Shown here piece by piece: positions 9,204-17,583 of a stretch of DNA of 34,416 nt. Positions within the stretch are counted from its first letter, which is position 1. Every line of letters starts with the position of its first letter. The DNA comes from Gammaproteobacteria bacterium. Lineage in GTDB: Bacteria; Pseudomonadota; Gammaproteobacteria; Ga0077554; Ga007554. The stretch covers positions 1 through 34,416 of the forward strand of contig JBKJTS010000237.1 in NCBI GenBank assembly GCA_046590885.1. Reading direction: 5' to 3'. Position numbers and translations under genes: made by a program. The notes beneath the pieces were generated by a model. The model worked only from the letters and a program-made list of their open reading frames with translations, was not told where the DNA came from and ran no database searches.

Positions 9204-10013
9204 ATGAACCTTCTTGCCTGGATAATTCTTTTTAGCCTGTTTGGTGGCGTGCTTAGTGTGGTGGCTGCATCTGGTTTTTTGCTGATGCCGGCAGCCTGGC
9301 GTACCCGGGCTTTGCCGCATTTTGTCAGTTTTGCCGTGGGTGCGTTGCTGGGTGCGGCATTTTTGGGGCTGTTGCCGCATGCTTTAGCGGGGCCAGGGGT
9401 AGTGGATTTTCACAATATTACCCTGGCGGTATTATTAGGCTTGCTGGGCTTTTTTTTGCTGGAAAAAATGGTGTTGTGGCGGCATTGTCATGTTGATCAT
9501 TGCGAAGCGCATATGCCAGAGCATGTCCACGCCCATGATCATCAATCTAACGCCAATCAAGCGGGCCAGGCGGCAGGCACCCTGATTCTGATCGGCGACG
9601 GCATCCACAACTTTGTGGATGGTGTGTTGATCGCAGCGGCATTTCTGACGGATTTTCACTTAGGCGTGGTTACTAGCCTGGCGGTGGCGGCGCATGAAAT
9701 TCCCCAGGAAGTAGGCGATTTTGCAGTTTTGCTGCACAGCGGGTTTAGTCGCAAAAAGGCTTTTCTATATAATATATTAGCCAGCTTGACTACTGTTTTG
9801 GGCGCACTTCTGGGGTATTTCAGCCTGGGGGACATGCAGAATATTTTGCCGTACATATTGGCGGTGGCTGCGTCCAGCTTTATTTATATTGCCGTGGCAG
9901 ACTTGATACCTGGTCTGCACAAGCGTGTGCAACCAACGGCCACTGCGCAACAGGCCATGCTGATTGGTGTGGGCGTTTTATTGATTTATGTTGTACATTC
10001 AACATTGCATTAG
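9204..10013 (+). CDS. ZIP family divalent metal (zinc) transporter
   Basis: The protein is multi-pass and hydrophobic. It has a His-rich loop (HCHVDHCEAHMPEHVHAHDHQ) and the ZIP signatures HNFVDG and HEIPQEVGDF. Confidence 0.85.
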   Translation: MNLLAWIILFSLFGGVLSVVAASGFLLMPAAWRTRALPHFVSFAVGALLGAAFLGLLPHALAGPGVVDFHNITLAVLLGLLGFFLLEKMVLWRHCHVDHCEAHMPEHVHAHDHQSNANQAGQAAGTLILIGDGIHNFVDGVLIAAAFLTDFHLGVVTSLAVAAHEIPQEVGDFAVLLHSGFSRKKAFLYNILASLTTVLGALLGYFSLGDMQNILPYILAVAASSFIYIAVADLIPGLHKRVQPTATAQQAMLIGVGVLLIYVVHSTLH

Positions 10014-10025
10014 GGAGGCTGCGCC

Positions 10026-10559
10026 ATGACTACCACAGCACATCACTGGTTCATGCTCACTGTCGTAGGCAAAGATCGCCCTGCCATTGTGGCGCGTATT
10101 ACCGCTGCGCTATATGACAGTGGTTGCAACCTTGGCGAAGCGTCCATGACCCGTCTGGGCGGCAACTTCACTGTAATGTTGATGGTGCAATACACAGGCA
10201 GCAGCGCCGCGCTGGAGCAACTGGTCGCGCCAGTATGCGAATCCCTGGGGCTAAAATTGCACGTCGATAAAATTGAAGGCCAACTGCATCGCCACCCGGA
10301 AGCGGATGTGCACATCCGTGTGTTTGGTGCCGACCGTGCTGGTATTATTGCGCAGGTAACCACCATGCTGGCCGAGGCCGGCCTGGATATTCTTTATCTG
10401 CAATCGGATGTTGCAGGCACCGAAGACAAGCCCATTTACGTCATGCAGATTGAGGGCCGTGCCCTGCAAGGCGTGGCGGTGCTGGAATCTGCTGTACAGA
10501 TATTAGATGGCAAAGGTATGGAAGTGCACCTTGAGCCGATCGATCTGATGCTTGGGTAG
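10026..10559 (+). CDS. tandem ACT-domain protein, GcvR-like
   Basis: Two ACT-like repeats are present: FMLTVVGKDRPAIVARITAALYDSGCNL and IRVFGADRAGIIAQVTTMLAEAGLDI. Size and layout resemble the glycine cleavage system regulator GcvR. Confidence 0.7.
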   Translation: MTTTAHHWFMLTVVGKDRPAIVARITAALYDSGCNLGEASMTRLGGNFTVMLMVQYTGSSAALEQLVAPVCESLGLKLHVDKIEGQLHRHPEADVHIRVFGADRAGIIAQVTTMLAEAGLDILYLQSDVAGTEDKPIYVMQIEGRALQGVAVLESAVQILDGKGMEVHLEPIDLMLG

Positions 10560-10588
10560 CCCGGGTACCCCAGGTAATTAATCAAGCC

Positions 10589-11104
10589 ATGGCAATGCTG
10601 CAAATACTCACTTATCCGGATGAACGTCTGAAGTGCATCTCGCAGCTGGTTGAAAATTTCGATGATGAGCTACGCAACTTTATCGTTGATCTGGAAGCAA
10701 CCATGCGTGCAGGGCCAGGCGGAGTAGGCATTGCCGCGCCGCAAACCGGGCGCTTGCAGCGAATTGTAATTGTCGATGTTTCAAGTAAACCCAAAACCAA
10801 GCATCATGGTCGATTGACGCTCATCAATCCTGAAATTATCACTTGGGAAGGCCATGTATTAGGGCGTGAAGGCTGCATGTCAGTGCCCGATTACACCGGC
10901 AATGTTGTCCGCGCTGAACGTATTATAATAGCAGCGTACGACCCATCGGGTACCTTGTTGCAGTATGAGTTGGAAGGGTATGAGGCACGCGCGGTGCAGC
11001 ATGAACTTGATCATCTCAATGGCCTGTTATTTCTTGATCGCCTGGTGAGTCGGCGTAATGATTTGTTTCGCAGAAAGAATTATCAGAAAAACCCAGAAAC
11101 GTGA
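10589..11104 (+). CDS. def: peptide deformylase
   Basis: All three catalytic motifs are present: GVGIAAPQ, EGCMSVP and HELDHLNG. No fmt gene follows it. Confidence 0.92.
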   Translation: MAMLQILTYPDERLKCISQLVENFDDELRNFIVDLEATMRAGPGGVGIAAPQTGRLQRIVIVDVSSKPKTKHHGRLTLINPEIITWEGHVLGREGCMSVPDYTGNVVRAERIIIAAYDPSGTLLQYELEGYEARAVQHELDHLNGLLFLDRLVSRRNDLFRRKNYQKNPET

Positions 11105-11205
11105 TAAAGCAAATGTTGCTATTTCGAGCGTGAAGGGTTGATCTCGATTATCCCGGCTAAAAAGTGTTGAAAATTTTCGACTAGCCATGAGGTATTAAAC
11201 CGTTG

Positions 11206-11865
11206 ATGACAGCTTCATATCCGCATTTTACTCCGGGGCGCGGAAAATTCATTACGCTTGAGGGCGCTGAAGGCGTGGGTAAGACTACCAATCGCGAGTT
11301 TATCCGTCGTTGTATTGAAAAGTCGGGTCGCCACGTAGTAGTCACCCGCGAACCGGGTGGCACCCCGCTGGCAGAGCAGATCCGCAGCTTGCTGCTGGAG
11401 TGTCGTGAAGAGGGCATGACCAGCGACGCGGAATTGCTGCTGATGTTTGCGGCACGCGCCGAGCATCTGGCGCGTGTTATTCGCCCGGCACTCGAGGCCG
11501 GCGAATGGGTGTTGTGCGATCGGTTTACAGATGCCACTTATGCTTATCAGGGGGGTGGGCGAGGCATTGCCAATCAGCGCATTGCCGCACTTGAAGAATG
11601 GGTGCAGGGCACGCTGCGGCCGGACTTAACGCTGCTGCTGGATTTACCGGTAGCCGAGGGTTTGCAGCGCGCGGGTCAACGTAGTGTTCCAGACCGTTTC
11701 GAGTCTGAGCAGGCGGCTTTTTTTGAACGGGTGCGACAAGCCTATTTAGTCTTGGCACAGCAGCATCCCGCGCGTTACCGGGTCATTGATGCCGCCCAAT
11801 CGCTCGATATTGTGCAAAACCGTATCCAGAATGTACTTACCGATTTTTTTGCTACATTATCCTAG
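11206..11865 (+). CDS. tmk: thymidylate kinase
   Basis: It has [16 protein letters not shown] (P-loop), TREPGGTP and [12 protein letters not shown]. The ATG at 11206 is preferred over the TTG at 11203. The present stop codon TAG lies inside the inverted-repeat element described below. Confidence 0.92.
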   Translation: MTASYPHFTPGRGKFITLEGAEGVGKTTNREFIRRCIEKSGRHVVVTREPGGTPLAEQIRSLLLECREEGMTSDAELLLMFAARAEHLARVIRPALEAGEWVLCDRFTDATYAYQGGGRGIANQRIAALEEWVQGTLRPDLTLLLDLPVAEGLQRAGQRSVPDRFESEQAAFFERVRQAYLVLAQQHPARYRVIDAAQSLDIVQNRIQNVLTDFFATLS

Positions 11866-11960
11866 AAACGGCAGTTGACCGTTTCCATGGACGATGAGCA
11901 ATATGTTTTGAACAGGCTGACAACCGCACACCCCACCCCGTCCAACTGCCGTTTCTAGGG
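11860..11960. mobile_element. 101-bp MITE-like palindromic insertion at the tmk/holB junction
   Basis: Perfect 17-bp terminal inverted repeats are CCTAGAAACGGCAGTTG (11861-11877) and CAACTGCCGTTTCTAGG (11943-11959). The element is flanked by direct TTA copies at 11857-11859 and 11961-11963. It has no coding capacity. Confidence 0.55.
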
Positions 11961-11962
11961 TT

Positions 11963-13027
11963 ATGATCAGTAGCAATCAAATATTTCCTTGGCAGCACAT
12001 ACTATGGCAAGGGCTAATGCAGCGTCTGCATGCAGACTGCTTGCCGCATGCCATGTTGCTGACCGGCCCGCGCGGGATCGGTAAAGAATATTTTGCCCAG
12101 GTGTTTGCCCGGGCCGTGCTGTGCGAGCACCTTCATAGCGACGCCAAACCCTGTGGCATTTGCCGTGCCTGCCTGCTTAATCAGGCAGGCACTCATCCAG
12201 ATAATCATTGGGTAGGATTACTGGAAGACAAAAAAGTCATTGGTGTTGACCAGGTGCGTGAAATCAGTGCTAATCTAAACATGAAGGCGCATTACTCCGG
12301 GGGTAAAGTGGTCGTCATTTCTCCCGCTGAGTACATGAACCTGCAGGCGGCAAATAGCTTGCTTAAAACACTGGAAGAACCGGCACCCCGGTCATTATTG
12401 ATTCTGGTTGCCAGCAACGTCACGGCACTGCCTGCAACCTTGCGCAGTCGCTGCCAGCGCATCACCTTTACGCTTCCCGCCCCAGACGTTGCCGCTTCCT
12501 GGCTGGCGGCACAACTGGCCGATTCTGTGCATCCCTGCGCGGCGGAACCGGGTCATGATGCCGCGTTATTATTGGCGCTGGCAGGTGGGGCGCCGCTTGC
12601 GGCGTTGCAGATGGCACAGGGTGGCCAGGGTGGAGGCGCCAGTGGGATCACCCAGCGCCTGAATGTGCTCGACGGTATGGAGCGTTTATTGCTCAATCAG
12701 GTGTCACCTGTAGCCTTGGCTTCGATTTGGCTGAAGTTAGAGCTGAAAGAAACGTTATATTGGATGCACAGTTGCATTATTGATATGATTCGTCTCAAAT
12801 CGGCGGAGCATCCCCCGCTGTTAGCAAATCCTGATGTGCGTTTGCGTTTACAGGCACTTGCTGAACCATTAAACTTGAAAACTCTTTATTATCAACTTGA
12901 TAAAATTACAGAGGCCTCGCGCCTGGCGGTGGGTCAGAGTAATGCGCAAATGTTGCTGGAAGATATTCTGCTTCACTGGAAGACCCCCCATCAGCGAGAT
13001 CTGTCTGTTAGAATGTCAGGAATATAG
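11963..13027 (+). CDS. holB: DNA polymerase III subunit delta-prime
   Basis: It has HAMLLTGPRGIGK and a Cys cluster (CGICRACL), then KTLEEP and SRCQ. Its position after tmk is conserved. Confidence 0.88.
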   Translation: MISSNQIFPWQHILWQGLMQRLHADCLPHAMLLTGPRGIGKEYFAQVFARAVLCEHLHSDAKPCGICRACLLNQAGTHPDNHWVGLLEDKKVIGVDQVREISANLNMKAHYSGGKVVVISPAEYMNLQAANSLLKTLEEPAPRSLLILVASNVTALPATLRSRCQRITFTLPAPDVAASWLAAQLADSVHPCAAEPGHDAALLLALAGGAPLAALQMAQGGQGGGASGITQRLNVLDGMERLLLNQVSPVALASIWLKLELKETLYWMHSCIIDMIRLKSAEHPPLLANPDVRLRLQALAEPLNLKTLYYQLDKITEASRLAVGQSNAQMLLEDILLHWKTPHQRDLSVRMSGI

Positions 13028-13046
13028 CAGATAGTGGGCCGAGATT

Positions 13047-13418
13047 ATGGCAGAAGAAGATAAAACCTCAGCAGCGCCGCCACGCCAAGGCATCTTGTCG
13101 CTTGCCATAAAAGATAAGAGCGCTTTGTACGCTTCATATATGCCATTTATTAAACACGGTGGCTTGTTTATCCCCAGTAACAAGCTTTACAAAATCGGCG
13201 ACGAAGTTTTTATGCTGCTAACCCTTATGCAGGAAACTGAAAAGTTGCCGGTAGCCGGCCGCGTGGTGTGGATTACCCCCCAAGGCGCGCAAGGTAACCG
13301 CATTGCCGGGATTGGCGTGCAATTTGGCAGTGATCAGGAAAGTGAAACCGCACGCAAAAAAATTGAAACCTACCTGGCTGGGGCACTCAGCGCGGATCGT
13401 CCCACCCATACCATGTAA
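13047..13418 (+). CDS. pilZ: type IV pilus assembly PilZ protein
   Basis: GILSLAIKDKSALYASYMPFIKHGGLFIP..GDEVFMLLTL..LPVAGRVVWITPQGAQGNRIAGIGVQF closely parallels Pseudomonas PilZ, which also lies in a tmk-holB-pilZ-tatD arrangement. Confidence 0.85.
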   Translation: MAEEDKTSAAPPRQGILSLAIKDKSALYASYMPFIKHGGLFIPSNKLYKIGDEVFMLLTLMQETEKLPVAGRVVWITPQGAQGNRIAGIGVQFGSDQESETARKKIETYLAGALSADRPTHTM

Positions 13419-13483
13419 TACATGTTTGTAGCACATGTGATACGTTTCTGTCTTGATGGTATTTTTATCTAAACCTCTGCTGG

Positions 13484-14332
13484 ATGCTTATGTCTACTCT
13501 GATATTAGTTGATTCTCATTGCCACCTTGATCTTCTCGATCCCTCGTGGGGTGGTATTGATGCTGTGATGCAAAACGCCCAGGCGCAGGATATAGCTTAT
13601 ATGTTGTGCGTTTCTGTATCCCTCGAAACTTATCCGGCGGTGCTGGCCTTGGCGCAGCAATATCCACATGTGTTTGCATCAGTGGGTGTGCACCCTAATG
13701 AGGCGGTTCATGAACACCCCTCCACCCTCCGCACTGGGGCATCCTGCCAGGAGCCGAGTGTGGATGATTTAGTAGCGCGTGCGCAAGATCCTCACGTGGT
13801 GGCGATTGGTGAAACCGGACTGGATTATTTTCGTAATACGGGCGATATGGGATGGCAACATGCTCGCTTTCGCCGCCACATTGCGGCAGCCAAGGTCACT
13901 GGTAAGCCCTTGATTGTCCATACCCGCGAAGCTAAATATGATACCCTGCGTATCCTGCGCGAAGAAGGAGCGGATGAAGTCGGTGGAGTAATGCATTGCT
14001 TCACTGAAGATTGGGACACAGCCCAGCAGGCTATGGATTTGAATTTTTATATCTCATTCTCAGGTATCGTCACGTTCAAGAGTGCCAAAGAATTAAAAGA
14101 CGTGGCAACGCGTATGCCGATGGAGCGTATGCTGGTCGAAACTGATGCGCCTTATCTTGCGCCTGTACCTCATCGAGGAAAAACCAATCAACCCGCTTAT
14201 ACGCGGCACGTTGCCGAACACATTGCTGCACTGCGTGGTATATCGTTAGCTGAAGTTGCCCAAGCCACCTCTAAAAATTTTTTCACATTGTTCAAACATG
14301 CGCATCCAGTGGAGTTGCCGCTGGGGCAATAA
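13484..14332 (+). CDS. TatD family metal-dependent hydrolase (YcfH-like)
   Basis: It has LVDSHCHLD, GVHP, AIGETGLDY, PLIVHTREA, GVMHCFTED, ISFSGIVTF, and VETDAPYLAPVPHRGKTNQPA. Confidence 0.9.
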   Translation: MLMSTLILVDSHCHLDLLDPSWGGIDAVMQNAQAQDIAYMLCVSVSLETYPAVLALAQQYPHVFASVGVHPNEAVHEHPSTLRTGASCQEPSVDDLVARAQDPHVVAIGETGLDYFRNTGDMGWQHARFRRHIAAAKVTGKPLIVHTREAKYDTLRILREEGADEVGGVMHCFTEDWDTAQQAMDLNFYISFSGIVTFKSAKELKDVATRMPMERMLVETDAPYLAPVPHRGKTNQPAYTRHVAEHIAALRGISLAEVAQATSKNFFTLFKHAHPVELPLGQ

Positions 14333-14512
14333 CTTTTCATCTAAACCTAAAAGCGGTGAGCCACGAATGGCAAAAAGAAATTTATGGGGTTAGCATAACA
14401 AGCGCGTTTATCCAACAGGTTACGCAGTACACTTTGTCAAAGTTTTTCCTTCTGTCTTATCTCTAATTCTTCGTGATCAAATCGTCTTTTCTAGAATCCC
14501 TGACATCAGGAC

Positions 14513-16255
14513 CTAAATACTCTCGTTCTTTTGCTTCGCTTTCCCAATCATTTCCCTGGCGTGCGCGCGGGTTTGTGCGGTAATTTCTACACCCCCGAGC
14601 ATGCGGGCGATTTCTTCGTTACGGGTGGTATCCGTGAGGGTGCGAATGCGGGTGGTGGTGGTGCCTTTCGTGCTTTCTTTGCTAACGTGCAAGTGATGAT
14701 GTCCGAGCGCGGCGACTTGGGGCAGGTGGGTGACGCATAGTACCTGGTGGGATTCGCCGAGGGTGCGTAATTGCCGTCCCACGATTTCAGCGACGCCGCC
14801 ACCAATTCCGGTGTCAACCTCATCGAAAATCAAAGTTGGAATGTGGCTGCTGCGCGCTGCGATCACTTGGATGGCGAGGCTGATGCGTGATAGTTCACCG
14901 CCGGAGGCGACTTTGGATAACGCCTTGAGTGGCTGGCCGGGATTGGTACTGACCATAAAATCCACGCGCTCCATGCCTGTTGCAGTCGCTCCCGACATTC
15001 TGTCCGTGAAGTTAGGTTGTGGCGCGTCGTCCGTGTAATCTTCCGGGTTAAATGGTTGCAAGGTAATTGTAAAACGTGCACCGGCCAACCCGAGTGGCTG
15101 CATACCATCAGTGACTTTAATGCTGAAATCATGTGCGGCTCGCGTGCGGCTGACACTGAGTTGGCGCGCTTGTTCGAGATAGGTGTGGCTCAGGCTAATA
15201 AGCTGGCTTTGCAGATGTTGGAGATGCTCATCACTGTTCTCAATAGCAGATAATTCAGTTTTCAAGATGGTGAGCAGGGCAGTCAGTGCATTCGGTGCAG
15301 CGCGGTGTTTACGCGCCAGTTGATGAATGTTATCAAGACGCTGTTCTACCCACATCAGGCGCTGTGGATCAAGTTCAAGGGTATCGCGGTAATGACGCAG
15401 CTCGTTGGCGCTTTCTTCAATCTGCACATATGCACTGTTAAGGAGGTCACAGGCGCTGGACAAGCGGCTATCGAGCATCCGCAGCTGCTCAAGCTCGCTT
15501 AAGGTGCGGCCCAATACGGTGAAGATGTCATTCGCATCGCTTTCATAAAGGTTATGCAGTGCGGTTTGGCAGGTGTCAAGTAAGCGGCCGGAGTTGGCCA
15601 GCCGGGTACGCTCCTCTTCAAGCGCATTAACTTCATTTTCATTCAGAGCGAGTGTTTCAAGCTCGTGTACTTGATAGCGCAACATGTCGAGACGCGCATC
15701 CCTGTCTTGGGTGGCCCTGCTCAATGTATTAACCTCGGTTGTTACTGCTTTCCATTGGCTATAGGTAGCGGCGAGTTGTATAAGCTGATCCTTGTGATGC
15801 GCATAATCGTCAAGTAACTGGCGCTGCATATCGTTTTTAAGCAAAGATTGATGTTCATGCTGCCCATGAATGTCTACCAATTTTTCCCCGATTGCCTGTA
15901 ACAACTGGATAGGCACCGCGCTGCCGTTAATATAGCCTTTCGAGCGACCTTCGTTAGTGACGGTGCGGCGCAGGACGCACTCGAGATTGTTTTCAATGTT
16001 CATCTCATGTTCTGTCAGCCATATTTGAGCAGTAGAGGTATTGCTGATGTCAAATGTGGCGCTGATATCCGTACGCACGCAGCTGTGACGTACTACACCG
16101 CTGTCGGTGCGATCCCCCAGTACCAGGCTCAATGCATCAATGATGATAGACTTGCCCGCGCCGGTCTCGCCAGTAAGGACGGTCATGCCATTTTCGAGTT
16201 CCAGCTCCAGTTGGTCGATGATGGTGAAGTCACGTATATGAAGGTGTGTGAGCAT
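14513..16255 (-). CDS. recN: DNA repair protein RecN
   Basis: It has MLTHLHIRDFTIIDQLELE, a Walker A (TGETGAGKSIIIDAL), a long coiled-coil middle, and SGGELSRISLA followed by LIFDEVDTGIGG. Confidence 0.95.
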   Translation of the reverse strand: MLTHLHIRDFTIIDQLELELENGMTVLTGETGAGKSIIIDALSLVLGDRTDSGVVRHSCVRTDISATFDISNTSTAQIWLTEHEMNIENNLECVLRRTVTNEGRSKGYINGSAVPIQLLQAIGEKLVDIHGQHEHQSLLKNDMQRQLLDDYAHHKDQLIQLAATYSQWKAVTTEVNTLSRATQDRDARLDMLRYQVHELETLALNENEVNALEEERTRLANSGRLLDTCQTALHNLYESDANDIFTVLGRTLSELEQLRMLDSRLSSACDLLNSAYVQIEESANELRHYRDTLELDPQRLMWVEQRLDNIHQLARKHRAAPNALTALLTILKTELSAIENSDEHLQHLQSQLISLSHTYLEQARQLSVSRTRAAHDFSIKVTDGMQPLGLAGARFTITLQPFNPEDYTDDAPQPNFTDRMSGATATGMERVDFMVSTNPGQPLKALSKVASGGELSRISLAIQVIAARSSHIPTLIFDEVDTGIGGGVAEIVGRQLRTLGESHQVLCVTHLPQVAALGHHHLHVSKESTKGTTTTRIRTLTDTTRNEEIARMLGGVEITAQTRAHAREMIGKAKQKNESI

Positions 16256-16256
16256 G

Positions 16257-17342
16257 TTAAAACCATTTTTTTCGTTTAAAATAAATTAACATCCCACTCA
16301 TCATGGAAATAATGACGAGCCAGACAACCACATAGCCATATTTCGACGCTAACTCAGGCATGTTCCAGGGGCTTGCGGCAGGGTCGAAATTCATGCCGTA
16401 TACACCAACCACAAAGGTGGGGGGTATAAACAGCGTGGTAATGACGGTCAGTACGCGCATCACGTCATTCAGGCGCATGCTCACGCTGGAGAGGTAAATA
16501 TCCAGCATGCCAGTCATGATGTCACGATACGTTTCCAGCAAATCCATGATCTGAATGGTGTGATCATAGCAGTCACGCAAATATGTTTTGGTATCATCGC
16601 GTATCAGCGCATGATCACCGCGCAGCAGTGAGTTCAGCACTTCGCGGTGCGGCCAGAGCATGCGACGTAACAAGAGTAACTCGCGTTTGATATGGTGAAT
16701 ACTTTTCAGTGTGGTTTTATCGGGTGTTGCGAGCAGCACTTCTTCGATGTCTTCGATCTCTTCGCCGAGGTCTTCCAGCACCGGAAATCCTTCATCAATG
16801 ATTACATCAAGCAGGGCATATAGCAAATGATCCGGTCCCCCACTACGGATATGCCCGATGTGCGTGCGCAGGCGCTTGCGCACCAGATCAAAGGGATCAG
16901 TCTGGCCATTATGAAAGCTGACAATGAAATCTTTTCCCACAAACAGGCTTACTTGTTCAGTAATAATTGAACTGTTAGGGCGCACCGGCAAGCTCATGAC
17001 AACAAATAGCTGGTCATCATACGATTCAACCTTGGGGCGCTGTCCGGAGTTGAGCACATCTTCCAGGGCCAGTGGGTGCAGGCCGAAAGCGTTACCGATG
17101 TTACGCAACAAGTCCGGTGCGGCATGACCGTGGACGTGTATCCAGGTCATGGCGGGATGCTCAAGGTGTGGTAGGCACTCCTCGAAGGTAATATTTTCCT
17201 TCTCAGTGAATTCTGCGGTGTCATAATCAATGAGTCGAATTGTGAGCGGTACCACAGGGATTGGGTCGGTCGTGGCCGCATCGACAGTCAGTTCGCCGGG
17301 CGCCGTGCCGGGAGGATGGTAGCGTTTGGTAAAGTAGGTCAT
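16257..17342 (-). CDS. corA: CorA family magnesium/cobalt transporter
   Basis: It has a C-terminal YGMNF motif followed by two TM helices and a KKKWF tail. The start is set at the ATG at 17340-17342 (MTYFTKRYHPPGTAPGEL), which gives a CorA of typical length (361 aa). The stop is separated from the recN ATG by a single base. Confidence 0.88.
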   Translation of the reverse strand: MTYFTKRYHPPGTAPGELTVDAATTDPIPVVPLTIRLIDYDTAEFTEKENITFEECLPHLEHPAMTWIHVHGHAAPDLLRNIGNAFGLHPLALEDVLNSGQRPKVESYDDQLFVVMSLPVRPNSSIITEQVSLFVGKDFIVSFHNGQTDPFDLVRKRLRTHIGHIRSGGPDHLLYALLDVIIDEGFPVLEDLGEEIEDIEEVLLATPDKTTLKSIHHIKRELLLLRRMLWPHREVLNSLLRGDHALIRDDTKTYLRDCYDHTIQIMDLLETYRDIMTGMLDIYLSSVSMRLNDVMRVLTVITTLFIPPTFVVGVYGMNFDPAASPWNMPELASKYGYVVVWLVIISMMSGMLIYFKRKKWF

Positions 17343-17501
17343 GGTATGTGAGAGGAAATCCCAAATTTTTTTGTCGTAGCTCTTTACAAAGATTGCATTT
17401 TGCTTTATTAAATGCAACTGTCTGAGAGAAAATTGATTGTGGGGGATTAAGAAATCCGCTCCTGCACTCTTGATTACCAAAATGGTGCCGTTATACAGAC
17501 A

Positions 17502-17532
17502 ACTGTTATCGGGATAATATCCCAATAACAGT
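17502..17532. promoter_or_regulatory. 31-bp near-perfect palindrome, a candidate operator or RNA hairpin in the corA / DUF2156 divergent region
   Basis: ACTGTTATCGGGATA-A-TATCCCAATAACAGT pairs at 14 of 15 arm positions. It lies 52 bp upstream of the ATG at 17584 and 160 bp upstream of the corA ATG. Confidence 0.5.
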
Positions 17533-17583
17533 CTGAAGGATGAGCCGTAAACTTGTATAACCAGTATTTAAAAGGAGCATCAC

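Noticed and set aside
9108-9380. A 90-aa minus-strand ORF overlaps the ZIP transporter start.
   Set aside because: It is a basic, low-complexity (Q/K/H/T-rich) translation antisense to a clear membrane-protein gene, so it is a shadow ORF.
13700-13760. TatD carries an insertion of about 13 aa (HEHPSTLRTGASCQ) relative to the E. coli YcfH that I remember.
   Set aside because: It sits in a variable loop between conserved blocks and the frame is intact. This is ordinary lineage-specific variation rather than a feature.
17343-17525. The ORF track shows a 61-aa N-terminal extension of corA. Similar extensions appear for bamD (5869-5934) and the BamD-like gene (7114-7182).
   Set aside because: The extensions have no homology-like features. 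The internal ATGs give a standard CorA N-terminus and clean lipoprotein signal peptides respectively. The corA extension would also run across the 31-bp palindrome.
16257-17583. A LexA/SOS box (CTGT-N8-ACAG) upstream of recN.
   Set aside because: I found none by eye in the corA 3' end or in the corA upstream spacer. The absence is reported as a finding to be verified with a matrix scan, not as a feature.
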